Assembly: GCA_963976155.1 (NCBI GenBank)
Contig: CAXBKT010000001.1
Location: 1,308 to 65,307 of the forward strand
Direction of reading: 5' to 3'
Source: an uncultured Kordiimonadaceae bacterium
GTDB taxonomy: Bacteria > Pseudomonadota > Alphaproteobacteria > Sphingomonadales > Kordiimonadaceae
DNA length: 64,000 bases
The notes beneath the pieces are model-generated. The model saw only the letters and a list, made by a program, of their open reading frames with translations. It did no database searches and was not told the DNA's origin. Numbering within the stretch: the first letter of the stretch is position 1; each line of letters starts with the position of its first letter. Both the position numbers and the translations under genes were made by a program. Positions 23,697-33,027 of the stretch are shown piece after piece.

Positions 23697-23866
23697 GCCC
23701 TGTCGCTACGCTGAGAGACCCGGGCTGTCAAGGCTCTGCTTGAAGATATACGGACAAACCTAGATATGCTGCGCCAATAGTTTAATTTGAAACTAACCTG
23801 TTGCCTTCAGACATTAAATTGGGAACACTGCCTCCAGACCATATCAATACGGGAAAGTTTACTATC

Positions 23867-24952
23867 ATGCTTAAAGCCTTTGTGCCCCTTCTCTGCATCC
23901 TTGCCGCGCCTGCCTTCGCTTTTGATAAAGGAGAAGGCAAACTGGCTATGGCTCACGTGCAAATTCAGAAGGGCGTATATACGAAAATAGACAGCATGAT
24001 TGTCTACCAAGACAACAAACTTGCTATTGAGAAATATTATGGCCGGTTTGATGCAGACACACTGCACCGCACACATTCCTCTTTCAAAAGCATTACGGGC
24101 ATACTGGCCCTCATCGCAGCAGACCAAGGAATTCTGGAACTCGATGAGCCAGTGTTACCACTCCTTGCCCAGTTTGCAGACGTTCCTAGCAGCGATCCAC
24201 GCCGTGAAGAAATAACCGTTAATAATTTACTGGATATGACCTCAGGTTTGGACTGCGATGAGGCCCCACAGTCTGCCGGCCCCTCCCATGAGGAAGGGGT
24301 TGACGAAGGCCCCACTCCCTTACTGTACAGCCTTGGCATAAATATGGCTCGCACCCCGGGCAGCGAATGGCATTATTGTAGCGCCAACAGCTTCATGCTT
24401 GCGGCAACCGTTTCCGCCGCCTTAGAGCGGGCAGGAAAACCTGATATCTTTAACTTCGCTGATAACTTCCTGATGGCCCCACTCGGCATCACAAATTACA
24501 GGCTGACACGCAGTGCCAGCGGCAAATACCTCAACGGCCAAGGGAACTCTTACTTCCGCCCTCTCGATTTGGCAAGAATCGGATTACTTGTTTTGAACAA
24601 AGGCAAATGGGACGGTAAGCAAATTGTGTCCGAAAAAAGCATAGCCCGACTGTACCATGCAAAGGAAACCGTAAACTGGCCGTGGACCGATACGATAGCA
24701 AACCACCCTCTCACAGCATCTCATTACAGTGCCCAATGGTATCAAACCGAGTTTGACGTCGATGGCATCAAAGTACCAGTAACCCATAGTTGGGGAAATG
24801 GAGGCCAATTCATTTTTGTGGCCCCTACAATTAATCTGGTAGCTGTCTTCACTGGTAGTAATCAAGGTAGTCGTCATATCAAACTACAAAAACAACCATT
24901 CAACATTATGCACAAATATATATTGCCGAGAATTGTTGGGCAAAGGCACTAA
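23867..24952 (+). CDS. Serine hydrolase, beta-lactamase-like (6-aminohexanoate-dimer-hydrolase-like)
   Basis: SxxK (SSFKS), YxS (WHYCS), HSWGNGGQ; signal peptide. Confidence 0.88.
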   Translation: MLKAFVPLLCILAAPAFAFDKGEGKLAMAHVQIQKGVYTKIDSMIVYQDNKLAIEKYYGRFDADTLHRTHSSFKSITGILALIAADQGILELDEPVLPLLAQFADVPSSDPRREEITVNNLLDMTSGLDCDEAPQSAGPSHEEGVDEGPTPLLYSLGINMARTPGSEWHYCSANSFMLAATVSAALERAGKPDIFNFADNFLMAPLGITNYRLTRSASGKYLNGQGNSYFRPLDLARIGLLVLNKGKWDGKQIVSEKSIARLYHAKETVNWPWTDTIANHPLTASHYSAQWYQTEFDVDGIKVPVTHSWGNGGQFIFVAPTINLVAVFTGSNQGSRHIKLQKQPFNIMHKYILPRIVGQRH

Positions 24953-25051
24953 TACGCATTTTTGCAACTAGTTGCGCGTGCTTAAAAAACCATAATGACT
25001 GGCCAAAGGCTAGCAAGGCCACTTAAGGCGCTGAAATAAAAGTCACTATTT

Positions 25052-25669
25052 TCATGGCTTACGGGCAATGAACTGTGTGACAGCGCTTAGCCCGGTATGG
25101 TGTGTGCCTTCATTGACTTCTCGGACGGTATCTTGCGCCAGCATGATTTCAAACCCCTCAAACACCTTCCTAAGCTGACCGAGCGATGGGAGGTACGAAA
25201 CATCGCCCGGGCCACCTGTCCCATAATCTAATTGGCGCTTATTATAAGCTTCAAAAATGAAAACACCGCCCGGCTTCAGTGCCCGTTTGACGGAGTGGTA
25301 TATCTTTGCACGCTCTGTTAAGTGCAAATGGCAAAAAATTGAAACAATGGCATCCCACGAAGTGTCGCCTATATTATAGCTTGTGAGGTCTGCAAGGTCA
25401 TACTCAATTGTAACTTCATGTTGCGCTGCAAGCTCCATCGCCTTTTTCCGGCCTTCTGCTGAAAAATCTACACCCCGTACGACACAACCTTGCCCTGCCA
25501 AGTAAACAGCATTGCGTCCCTCACCTTCCGCAAGACTGAGAACCTGACCGCCATGTTTAATACGACGGGCCTGTGCCCGCAAAAAATCATTTACCTGAAC
25601 CCCATACATATAGTCTTCGCTTTGATACCGCTCATTCCAAAACTCTGATCCTGTAAATTGCTGCGTCAT
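25052..25669 (-). CDS. Class I SAM-dependent methyltransferase
   Basis: FWNERY, LSLAEGEGRNA, LKPGG. Confidence 0.9.
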   Translation of the reverse strand: MTQQFTGSEFWNERYQSEDYMYGVQVNDFLRAQARRIKHGGQVLSLAEGEGRNAVYLAGQGCVVRGVDFSAEGRKKAMELAAQHEVTIEYDLADLTSYNIGDTSWDAIVSIFCHLHLTERAKIYHSVKRALKPGGVFIFEAYNKRQLDYGTGGPGDVSYLPSLGQLRKVFEGFEIMLAQDTVREVNEGTHHTGLSAVTQFIARKP

Positions 25670-25713
25670 GACTTTCTCCTGAAAACATCTGTTGTTCTTT
25701 GTACATAAACGCT

Positions 25714-25744
25714 AAGATACAAGTTCAAGTTCACTTGAGGTCAA
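25714..25744 (-). promoter_or_regulatory. MerR-type 19-bp-spacer promoter for the methyltransferase, with internal dyad
   Basis: Minus strand TTGACC-19 nt-TATCTT; spacer contains TCAAGT-GA-ACTTGA; divergent merR gene adjacent. Confidence 0.8.
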
Positions 25745-25750
25745 GAGATA

Positions 25751-26143
25751 ATGTTAGATATTTCCGAAGTATCAAAGAAAGCTGGTGTACCCGCTTCAAC
25801 CTTGCGTTTTTATGAGGAGAAAGGCTTAATTCTCTCCATCGGGCGCCGCGGTCTTAAGCGACTGTTTGATAAAACAATTTTTGAGCGCCTATCGCTCATT
25901 ACACTAGGTCAACGTGCTGGTTTTTCCCTCGAGGAAATCGCGAATATGTTTAGTAGAAACGGCGCCCCCCAGATAAAACGTCAAGTCTTATCCGACAAAG
26001 CAGATGAATTGGATCAAACTATCAAACAACTCAGCGCCATGCGGGATGGCCTACGTCATGCGGCTAATTGTCCTGCACCCAGCCATATGGAGTGCCCAAC
26101 CTTTCAGCGCCTCCTGCGCCTCACTACCAAGAGAAAGACCTAA
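25751..26143 (+). CDS. MerR-family transcriptional regulator
   Basis: LDISEVSKKAGVPASTLRFYEEKGLI; C-terminal CPAPSHMECP. Confidence 0.93.
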   Translation: MLDISEVSKKAGVPASTLRFYEEKGLILSIGRRGLKRLFDKTIFERLSLITLGQRAGFSLEEIANMFSRNGAPQIKRQVLSDKADELDQTIKQLSAMRDGLRHAANCPAPSHMECPTFQRLLRLTTKRKT

Positions 26144-26435
26144 TCTCTCTCACCAGCATCGCACACACTCAAAAGGGACCGTATGGCCACTGAGGGCTCT
26201 GAAATCATATAAGTTAATATAGCGAATACTGGCGACTATCAGTTCCACATCTTATTGCTTGATATTTTTTTCTTGCACAATTTGAAAAAAAGGATCATAT
26301 CGCTTTTGACGTTAAGAGCGCACGTGCCACGACCCACCGCTGTACGCAGAAGTACGGGTAACGACGCAAATCTTTCTTTGTTGATTGGGGCCATACACAC
26401 GAGATGGCCAGAGTTGATTGAAGTGGTTTGCTGGT

Positions 26436-26582
26436 ATGTTCCAGGCACGAAAAAAAGAAGCGCTTGCTTACTTAAAAGCAACACATGAATTCGAAGGTAA
26501 CAGGATTTTCCTGCCGCCTGAGATGTATGATTATTTTGCGTCCGTGCTGGAACTCAGCCATACCCCCGCGCGCTTATCATAA
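26436..26582 (+). CDS. Possible 48-aa upstream ORF/leader peptide before the decarboxylase
   Basis: MFQARKKEALAYLKATHEFEGNRIFLPPEMYDYFASVLELSHTPARLS; its stop lies in a 9-bp GC-rich stem (26568-26588). Weak RBS. Confidence 0.3.
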   Translation: MFQARKKEALAYLKATHEFEGNRIFLPPEMYDYFASVLELSHTPARLS

Positions 26583-26732
26583 GCGCGCCATTCGTGAGAA
26601 TATAACCTCACTCCTTCAGTAGTATTAAGCTTGGCGTTAACGCCTCTATTGCATTTTATCCTTTGTAGGGAAGGGTCCTAGCCAATGAAGGTTATGGATT
26701 TCCAGCAGCCTCTTCTTCGAAAAGAAGAAGAC

Positions 26733-27893
26733 ATGCGCACTTTCATTCGTACATATGCTTCTGTTGAGGCAGCCGTGTTCGCAGAAAATACCAATGATGC
26801 GGTACATATCCTTTATCCAAACCGGATACAGGATGCTGCTAAATCATTTTTGACCGGCTTTCGCGGAACGAACCTTTATGCCGTGAAAGCAAACCCAAGT
26901 CCTGTGGTCTTAAAGACCCTTTGGGAAGCTGGCATTCGGGATTTCGACGTTGCGTCACTGCGGGAAATTGAGCTGGTACATTCCCTGCTGCCACAAGCGC
27001 GCATGCATTTCATGCATCCGGTGAAAAGCCGCGAATCCATTCGTTATGCTTACCGCGTTGGTATTCGTGCTTTCTCGTTCGATCATATTGATGAGCTGCG
27101 GAAAATTCAGGAAGAAACTGGTGATGCCCGTGACCTGAACCTGTTTTTGCGCCTTAAAGTGGACGGCGGACAAGCGCTTTATGACCTAGGCGGCAAATTT
27201 GGTGTTGATACAACAACAGCACCGCTTCTGCTCAAGCGTGCCCGGCAAATTTCCAAAAAACTGGGGGTTTGTTTCCATGTTGGCTCACAGTGTATGGACC
27301 CTAATTCCTTTGGACGTGCCATTGCGTCTGTCGCTGAGCTTATTGCTGACACAGGTGTTAAGCTTGACGCCATAGATATTGGCGGCGGCTTCCCGTCTTC
27401 ATATCCCGGCATGGAACCACCAAAACGCACGCTCTATTTTGATGCTATCCATGAAGCGATTGACACACACGGCCTCTCGGGCCTTGAGCTTATTTCAGAG
27501 CCCGGCCGCGCGATGATCGCAGAAGCGGGTGCCGTTGCTGTGCGGGTTGAACTGCGGAAAGGCACAGACCTTTATCTTAATGACGGCACCTACGGCGCGC
27601 TGTTTGATGCGGGTACACCAGACTGGCCCTTCCCTGTGCGTTGGATATCGGCGTCAGACGAAGAAGCCACACCTGAGACCATAAATTTCCGCTGCTTTGG
27701 ACCAACATGCGATAGCTGCGACAAAATGAATGGCCCCTTCCCCTTGCCTGTCAATATCGCTGAAGGGGATTGGATTATTTTCGAAAACCTCGGCGCCTAT
27801 GGCTTTGCCATGCAGAGCCGCTTTAACGGATTTTACTCAGAAACATTGGTTGCCGTTTCTGACGAAGCACCAGCGGTACTATACGGCGCATAA
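26733..27893 (+). CDS. Type III PLP-dependent (alanine-racemase-fold) basic amino acid decarboxylase, ornithine decarboxylase-like
   Basis: YAVKANP, FDVAS, FHVGSQ, DIGGGF, SEPGR, GPTCDS, GAY. Confidence 0.9.
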   Translation: MRTFIRTYASVEAAVFAENTNDAVHILYPNRIQDAAKSFLTGFRGTNLYAVKANPSPVVLKTLWEAGIRDFDVASLREIELVHSLLPQARMHFMHPVKSRESIRYAYRVGIRAFSFDHIDELRKIQEETGDARDLNLFLRLKVDGGQALYDLGGKFGVDTTTAPLLLKRARQISKKLGVCFHVGSQCMDPNSFGRAIASVAELIADTGVKLDAIDIGGGFPSSYPGMEPPKRTLYFDAIHEAIDTHGLSGLELISEPGRAMIAEAGAVAVRVELRKGTDLYLNDGTYGALFDAGTPDWPFPVRWISASDEEATPETINFRCFGPTCDSCDKMNGPFPLPVNIAEGDWIIFENLGAYGFAMQSRFNGFYSETLVAVSDEAPAVLYGA

Positions 27894-27943
27894 ACGCCTT
27901 AACCGCTCACACATAATTTATTGAAAATACCAAGGATTTTCTA

Positions 27944-28984
27944 ATGACTGACCAAGTAAAAACCAACGAAAAAGCTGAATTGCTTTCTAAAGTAGTTGAG
28001 CATATCGATATCAAAAGCTTCGATGCACGGCCGATTATCGACGGGATGGAGAAAATGTCCTTCACGTCACGGGACCTTGCGCGTGCAACTCGTATTTTCA
28101 ATATGGCGGTTGAAGACAAAGATTGCTCTATCATCCTGACGCTTTCAGGCTCCACATCTGCGGGTGGCTGTATGCATGTATACCGCGACCTTGTGGAAGC
28201 AGGCATGGTAGATGCAATCGTTTCAACGGGTGCTTCCATCGTTGACATGGATTTCTTCGAAGCGCTTGGCTACAAGCACTATCAAGGCGACCAATTCATT
28301 GACGACGGTAAACTGCGTGACCTGTACATTGACCGCATCTATGACACCTTCATCGATGAAGAAGAATTACAGGCCTGCGACGAAATCACCAAAGTGATTG
28401 CCGACAGCTTGGAGCGTCGCCCCTATTCTTCCCGCGAGTTCATCTGGGAAATGGGCCGCTGGTTGAAAGACAATGCGGTTAAAAAAGGCTCGCTCATTGA
28501 GACATGCTACGACCATAATGTGCCAATCTTCGTGCCAGCTTTCTCTGATTGCTCAGCGGGTTTTGGCCTTGTGAAGCACCAAGTTGAAAACCCAGGAAAC
28601 TATATGTCTATCGACAGTGTCGCTGACTTCCGCGAACTGACCGACATTAAAATCGCGGCAGGCCAAACCGGCCTTCTGATGATTGGCGGCGGTGTACCGA
28701 AAAACTTTGTGCAGGATACTGTTGTCTGCGCAGAAATCCTCGGCAAAGAAGTTGATATGCATAAATATGCCATTCAAATCACCGTTGCTGATGTGCGCGA
28801 CGGCGCTTGCTCATCCTCAACACTCAAAGAAGCATCAAGCTGGGGTAAGGTAGATACTGTGTACGAACAGATGGTTTTTGCTGAAGCCTCTTCTGTTGTA
28901 CCACTTTTGGCGTCTGACGCTTACCATCGTGCTGGTTGGAAAGGCCGCCCACGCCGTAACTTCGCGAAGCTTTTTGAAAAATGA
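27944..28984 (+). CDS. speY: Deoxyhypusine-synthase-like protein (SpeY-type polyamine synthase)
   Basis: STGA, RIYDTFI, PAFSD, GGGVPKNF, EASSWGKV (catalytic Lys of DHS retained); polyamine context. Confidence 0.85.
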   Translation: MTDQVKTNEKAELLSKVVEHIDIKSFDARPIIDGMEKMSFTSRDLARATRIFNMAVEDKDCSIILTLSGSTSAGGCMHVYRDLVEAGMVDAIVSTGASIVDMDFFEALGYKHYQGDQFIDDGKLRDLYIDRIYDTFIDEEELQACDEITKVIADSLERRPYSSREFIWEMGRWLKDNAVKKGSLIETCYDHNVPIFVPAFSDCSAGFGLVKHQVENPGNYMSIDSVADFRELTDIKIAAGQTGLLMIGGGVPKNFVQDTVVCAEILGKEVDMHKYAIQITVADVRDGACSSSTLKEASSWGKVDTVYEQMVFAEASSVVPLLASDAYHRAGWKGRPRRNFAKLFEK

Positions 28985-29886
28985 AGCCTCCGTTCGACAT
29001 AATGCCATCAGAAGACGCCTTCCTCGGACTTGAGGAAGGCGACGCGGTTTCATACAGCGATGCGAAAGCCGTTGTCATTCCGTTTGGCCTTGAGGCTTCT
29101 GTCAGCTACGGCGGCGGTACAGCAAAAGGCCCGGCAGCAATGCTTGTCGCCAGCCATCAAGTTGAGCTATTCGACGAAGACCTATGGTGTGAACCATTCC
29201 GCAGTTACGGCGTTGTTACCGCTGTTGAGCCTGAGATCGACGGGGAAAATATTCCTGCAGCACTCGAAGCACTTGAAGGCATGACAACAGCCGCGCTTGC
29301 GGACGGTAAGTTCCCTATCGTTTTTGGCGGGGAGCATAGCATCACACCCGGCGCAATCCGGCCGTTCCTTGGGCAGTATGATGATCTGATCATCTTGCAT
29401 TTTGACGCGCACGCTGACCTGCGCGACGGTTATGAGGGTGAGCATTATAGCCATGCAGCAGCGCTTCGGCGTGTGCTTGACCACCCGACGGTAGAGCTGG
29501 TGTCTGTTGGTATCCGAAATATTTCAGCTGAAGAAATTCCGTTCTTGGAAGCAAACCGACACCGCATCACTATCCACTGGGGTAAAGACCGCGACGAATG
29601 GAATGTGGAAGATATTATCGCTCCGCTCAAGGGACGCAATATCTACCTGACGTTCGATCTGGATGGTTTTGACGGCTCGGTTATGCCTGCGACCGGCACA
29701 CCAGAGCCTGGCGGACTATACTGGAACGATGCGATAAAAATTATCAAAGCAGCGTCACAAGCCGGCACTATCGTTGGTGCAGACATTAATGAGCTTGCAC
29801 CAATTGAGGGCTTTCATGCCCCCAACTTCCTTGCTGCAAAGCTCGCTTACAAAATTCTATCCTATTCACTACAATTAAGTAGGTAG
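28981..29886 (+). CDS. speB: Agmatinase / ureohydrolase
   Basis: GGEHSIT, FDAHADL, FDLDGFD, ATGTPEPGGL; ATGA overlap with the upstream gene. Confidence 0.92.
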   Translation: MKPPFDIMPSEDAFLGLEEGDAVSYSDAKAVVIPFGLEASVSYGGGTAKGPAAMLVASHQVELFDEDLWCEPFRSYGVVTAVEPEIDGENIPAALEALEGMTTAALADGKFPIVFGGEHSITPGAIRPFLGQYDDLIILHFDAHADLRDGYEGEHYSHAAALRRVLDHPTVELVSVGIRNISAEEIPFLEANRHRITIHWGKDRDEWNVEDIIAPLKGRNIYLTFDLDGFDGSVMPATGTPEPGGLYWNDAIKIIKAASQAGTIVGADINELAPIEGFHAPNFLAAKLAYKILSYSLQLSR

Positions 29887-29928
29887 TCGGTATTTCTGGG
29901 AGTTAACCTCCCAGAAATTATCACGCTA

Positions 29929-31368
29929 TCAGCGGTCAGCTTTTTTCATAGTGACTGTACCATGCCAGTTATAGCCAACAACCACTCCTGCGTCATCTCG
30001 CATGAAGGTAATGGTTTCAGCCGTTGAGCCATCCCGGCGCACGCGGGCGAACGTATCTTCTTCTACATGGCGCAATTTCGTCATATCTTCCTTAGGGTTT
30101 TCAGCCCGTAAAGATACAGAAATCAGATCCTTGCCCCACGGCATAATGTAATTTTCATCATCCCAAGGCTGAGTGTCATAAATCCCCGTGTAATCAACAA
30201 GCGAAACTGCCGGCCCTTCATCTGAGACTTCTGCTTTTTCACTTTTCAATGCAGGTTCCAAAACATCAAACATGATACGAATGAGGCCATTGGGGTTAGT
30301 ACCTGCTGCATTAATAAGGGCCACACCGCCAATATTTTTAGCCGGATCAATATAGATCTGAGACTGATACCCTGGGCAATAACCGCCGTGCCCAATCAAC
30401 GTACCACCATCATTGTTGCTCATGGAAAAGCCCAGCCCAAACGCACCACGCCACCCCATAACCACACTGTGAGGTCGCTGCATTTCCCGAAGGGTGTTAT
30501 GATCAAGCACTTCATCACCTTCACCGTCCCGCAGCTTCAGCTGCCAGCTCACGAACTTGGCGAGGTCATTGGCGCTTGACGCAAAACCTGCCGCAGGTGC
30601 AAGCGCCTCTGCATTAAAATACGGCATTTCGGACCGCTCGCCAGACCGTGTTGGAGCACCGTACCCAACAGAAAGCGCTTCACCGTGCTTATCTTTCGGC
30701 ATTTCACTAAAGGTATTATCTAGGCCAAGTGGATCCAAAATATGCGCCCGTACATAATCATGATAGTTTTCACCTGACACGCTGGCGACAATCTCCCCCG
30801 CAAGCGTTAACCCAAGGTTACTATACTGAAAATGCTCCCACGCGCGGTACAAAGTTTCCTGACTTTTTGTTGCGGCAATTGCATCTTCGCGTTCAGGAAA
30901 CGGAAAACCCTTGGAAATCGACCAATAAGAGGTGTCCACCTCGCGCGGCAAACCGCTTGAATGGCTAAGAATGCCCTCAATTGTCACGTCATCGGATATT
31001 GGGTATTTCTGTTTAATATCATACCAATCCAAATGTTTACCTACTGGGTCCCGCAGACTGACTTTACCGGCATCTCGCTGCTGCATCACACCTATACTGG
31101 TAAACAATTTGGAAATTGAACAAATGCTATAAAGCGTATCTGTTGTGGCTTTAACACCTGTGCGCCGGTTCGCTTCACCGTAAGCATTAGCGTAAATTTT
31201 TTCTTGCCCTTTTACGAAAGCAACGGAAACGCTTGGCCAATCATTATAATCTTTTTGTGCGTCGAGCCATACATCCAAAAGCTGCTTCGCTTCATCCAGT
31301 GATTGCCCTGTAACCGGCGCGGATACCATCACAGCACACGCTGCTGTTGCCATTAAAAACTTGCGCAT
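29929..31368 (-). CDS. Secreted serine hydrolase (class C beta-lactamase/PBP-like) with C-terminal extension
   Basis: SISK, YSN, GHGG; signal peptide. Confidence 0.88.
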   Translation of the reverse strand: MRKFLMATAACAVMVSAPVTGQSLDEAKQLLDVWLDAQKDYNDWPSVSVAFVKGQEKIYANAYGEANRRTGVKATTDTLYSICSISKLFTSIGVMQQRDAGKVSLRDPVGKHLDWYDIKQKYPISDDVTIEGILSHSSGLPREVDTSYWSISKGFPFPEREDAIAATKSQETLYRAWEHFQYSNLGLTLAGEIVASVSGENYHDYVRAHILDPLGLDNTFSEMPKDKHGEALSVGYGAPTRSGERSEMPYFNAEALAPAAGFASSANDLAKFVSWQLKLRDGEGDEVLDHNTLREMQRPHSVVMGWRGAFGLGFSMSNNDGGTLIGHGGYCPGYQSQIYIDPAKNIGGVALINAAGTNPNGLIRIMFDVLEPALKSEKAEVSDEGPAVSLVDYTGIYDTQPWDDENYIMPWGKDLISVSLRAENPKEDMTKLRHVEEDTFARVRRDGSTAETITFMRDDAGVVVGYNWHGTVTMKKADR

Positions 31369-31540
31369 TTCATCCCCCTGATAAATTCTTTCTCAAACTA
31401 TAATCAAAAGAAACGCCAGGGCAAATTGGGGATCGAATAAAATGCGAAAATCAAAATTCATCTTGCGGCATTAGTTTTCTTTGCCAAGCGCATATAGACC
31501 CGCTATTCACAGCAGTATACCAAGTCCGGCCGGAGGCATC

Positions 31541-32284
31541 ATGACTTACAAGGCAAATATTCGTCTATTTATTGAGGATAGCCTCTCTGGTGGCTGCACC
31601 GTTACGCTTGAAAAAGATCAGTCGCATTATCTGGCAAATGTAATGCGCTGCAAACTTGGTTCACACGTTAGCCTCTTTAACGGACGGGACGGTGAATGGG
31701 TTGCGGAGATTTCAGACATTCAAAAACGTGCAGTTACCCTAACTCTATTATCTCGCCAGAAAGAACAGCTGACCGAACCCGACCTTTGGCTTGTTTTTGC
31801 TCCTATCAAAAAAGCACGACTTGATTTTATCGCCCAAAAGGCAACCGAACTCGGGGTCTCGCACCTTCAACCTGTTTACACACGCCGCACTATCGTCGAG
31901 AGGGTTAAAACCGAGCGCCTTCATGCCAACGCTGTTGAAGCAGCTGAGCAATGCGAACGCCTCACAGTGCCAACTATTGCTGAGCCCGAAAAACTAGACA
32001 TAATCCTGAAAAGCTGGCCTGTTGACCGCAAAATCATGTTTTGTGACGAAACCTTGAGCGGAGAACCTGCTCATACCGCGCTCGCAAATACAGGCTCTAA
32101 AAACACGAACAAACCATGGGCTATTATTATCGGCCCAGAAGGTGGCTTCGATGATGTTGAGCGCAAAGCAATTATAGAGCATTCAAACACAACGGTTGTT
32201 GCCCTTGGCCCACGTGTACTGCGCGCCGACACGGCCGCCATGGCGGCCATCAGCCTCTGGCAATCCTCTATCGGAGACTGGTAA
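31541..32284 (+). CDS. rsmE: 16S rRNA m3U1498 methyltransferase
   Basis: HYLANVMR, QKATELG, EAAEQCERL, IGPEGGF, LGPRVLRADTA. Confidence 0.96.
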   Translation: MTYKANIRLFIEDSLSGGCTVTLEKDQSHYLANVMRCKLGSHVSLFNGRDGEWVAEISDIQKRAVTLTLLSRQKEQLTEPDLWLVFAPIKKARLDFIAQKATELGVSHLQPVYTRRTIVERVKTERLHANAVEAAEQCERLTVPTIAEPEKLDIILKSWPVDRKIMFCDETLSGEPAHTALANTGSKNTNKPWAIIIGPEGGFDDVERKAIIEHSNTTVVALGPRVLRADTAAMAAISLWQSSIGDW

Positions 32285-32387
32285 TTCATCTTGAATAGAT
32301 TTGTTTACTCACCTGTTTAGATTCAAATGTTTGTTTGTGGTGCCACCAGTTCCTACATCTTGATAAAATAGGAAAAGGACAAAGCCA

Positions 32388-32894
32388 ATGACAACACAGC
32401 AATCAGACACCATGCGCCAATATTGTATCATGATGGCTACATACAACAGAAACGCCAACGAAACATTGTATGAAGCTTGCAGTAAGCTTTCAGAGAATGA
32501 CCTGACAGCTGACAAAGGGGCTTTCTTTGGCAGCATTTTGGCCACACTTAATCATATCATGGTCGGCGACGACATCTGGATGTCCCGCTTCGAGAAAACC
32601 CCACTGCCCCACAAGCAGCTTGACGCTGTGCCCTACGGCAATTTCACAGACCTAAAAAAGGCCCGCGCCGAACGCGACCAGAAGTTTATCGCATTTTTCA
32701 AGAATACAGATGGCGCGTTCTATGAGGGGGATTTTGCTTTCACCTCAATGGCAGGGGACACCTTCATAAAGCCCCTACAGCAAATAGTGGCACACTTCTT
32801 CAACCATCAAACCCATCACCGAGGCCAAGTACATACACTTCTTACGCAGGCTGGAGTTAAGACACCCGTATCTGATTTGCCCTATATAGTATAA
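32388..32894 (+). CDS. DinB family protein
   Basis: FFGSILATLNHIMVGD, HFFNHQTHHRGQ. Confidence 0.92.
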   Translation: MTTQQSDTMRQYCIMMATYNRNANETLYEACSKLSENDLTADKGAFFGSILATLNHIMVGDDIWMSRFEKTPLPHKQLDAVPYGNFTDLKKARAERDQKFIAFFKNTDGAFYEGDFAFTSMAGDTFIKPLQQIVAHFFNHQTHHRGQVHTLLTQAGVKTPVSDLPYIV

Positions 32895-33027
32895 CTTTTG
32901 TTCGAAGAAAATCACGAAAAGTTCAACAGTTAAGCTCACTTATCGGTGATCTCCTATTTACCTTGCTTGAATACAATCCGGTCACCGTTTACATTAGCAT
33001 CTGATTTTGAAACTTAAGGTCTAGTCC

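Noticed and set aside
26255-26488. 77-aa ORF from the track upstream of the decarboxylase
   Set aside because: TTG start without RBS and atypical composition; treated as part of the leader region.
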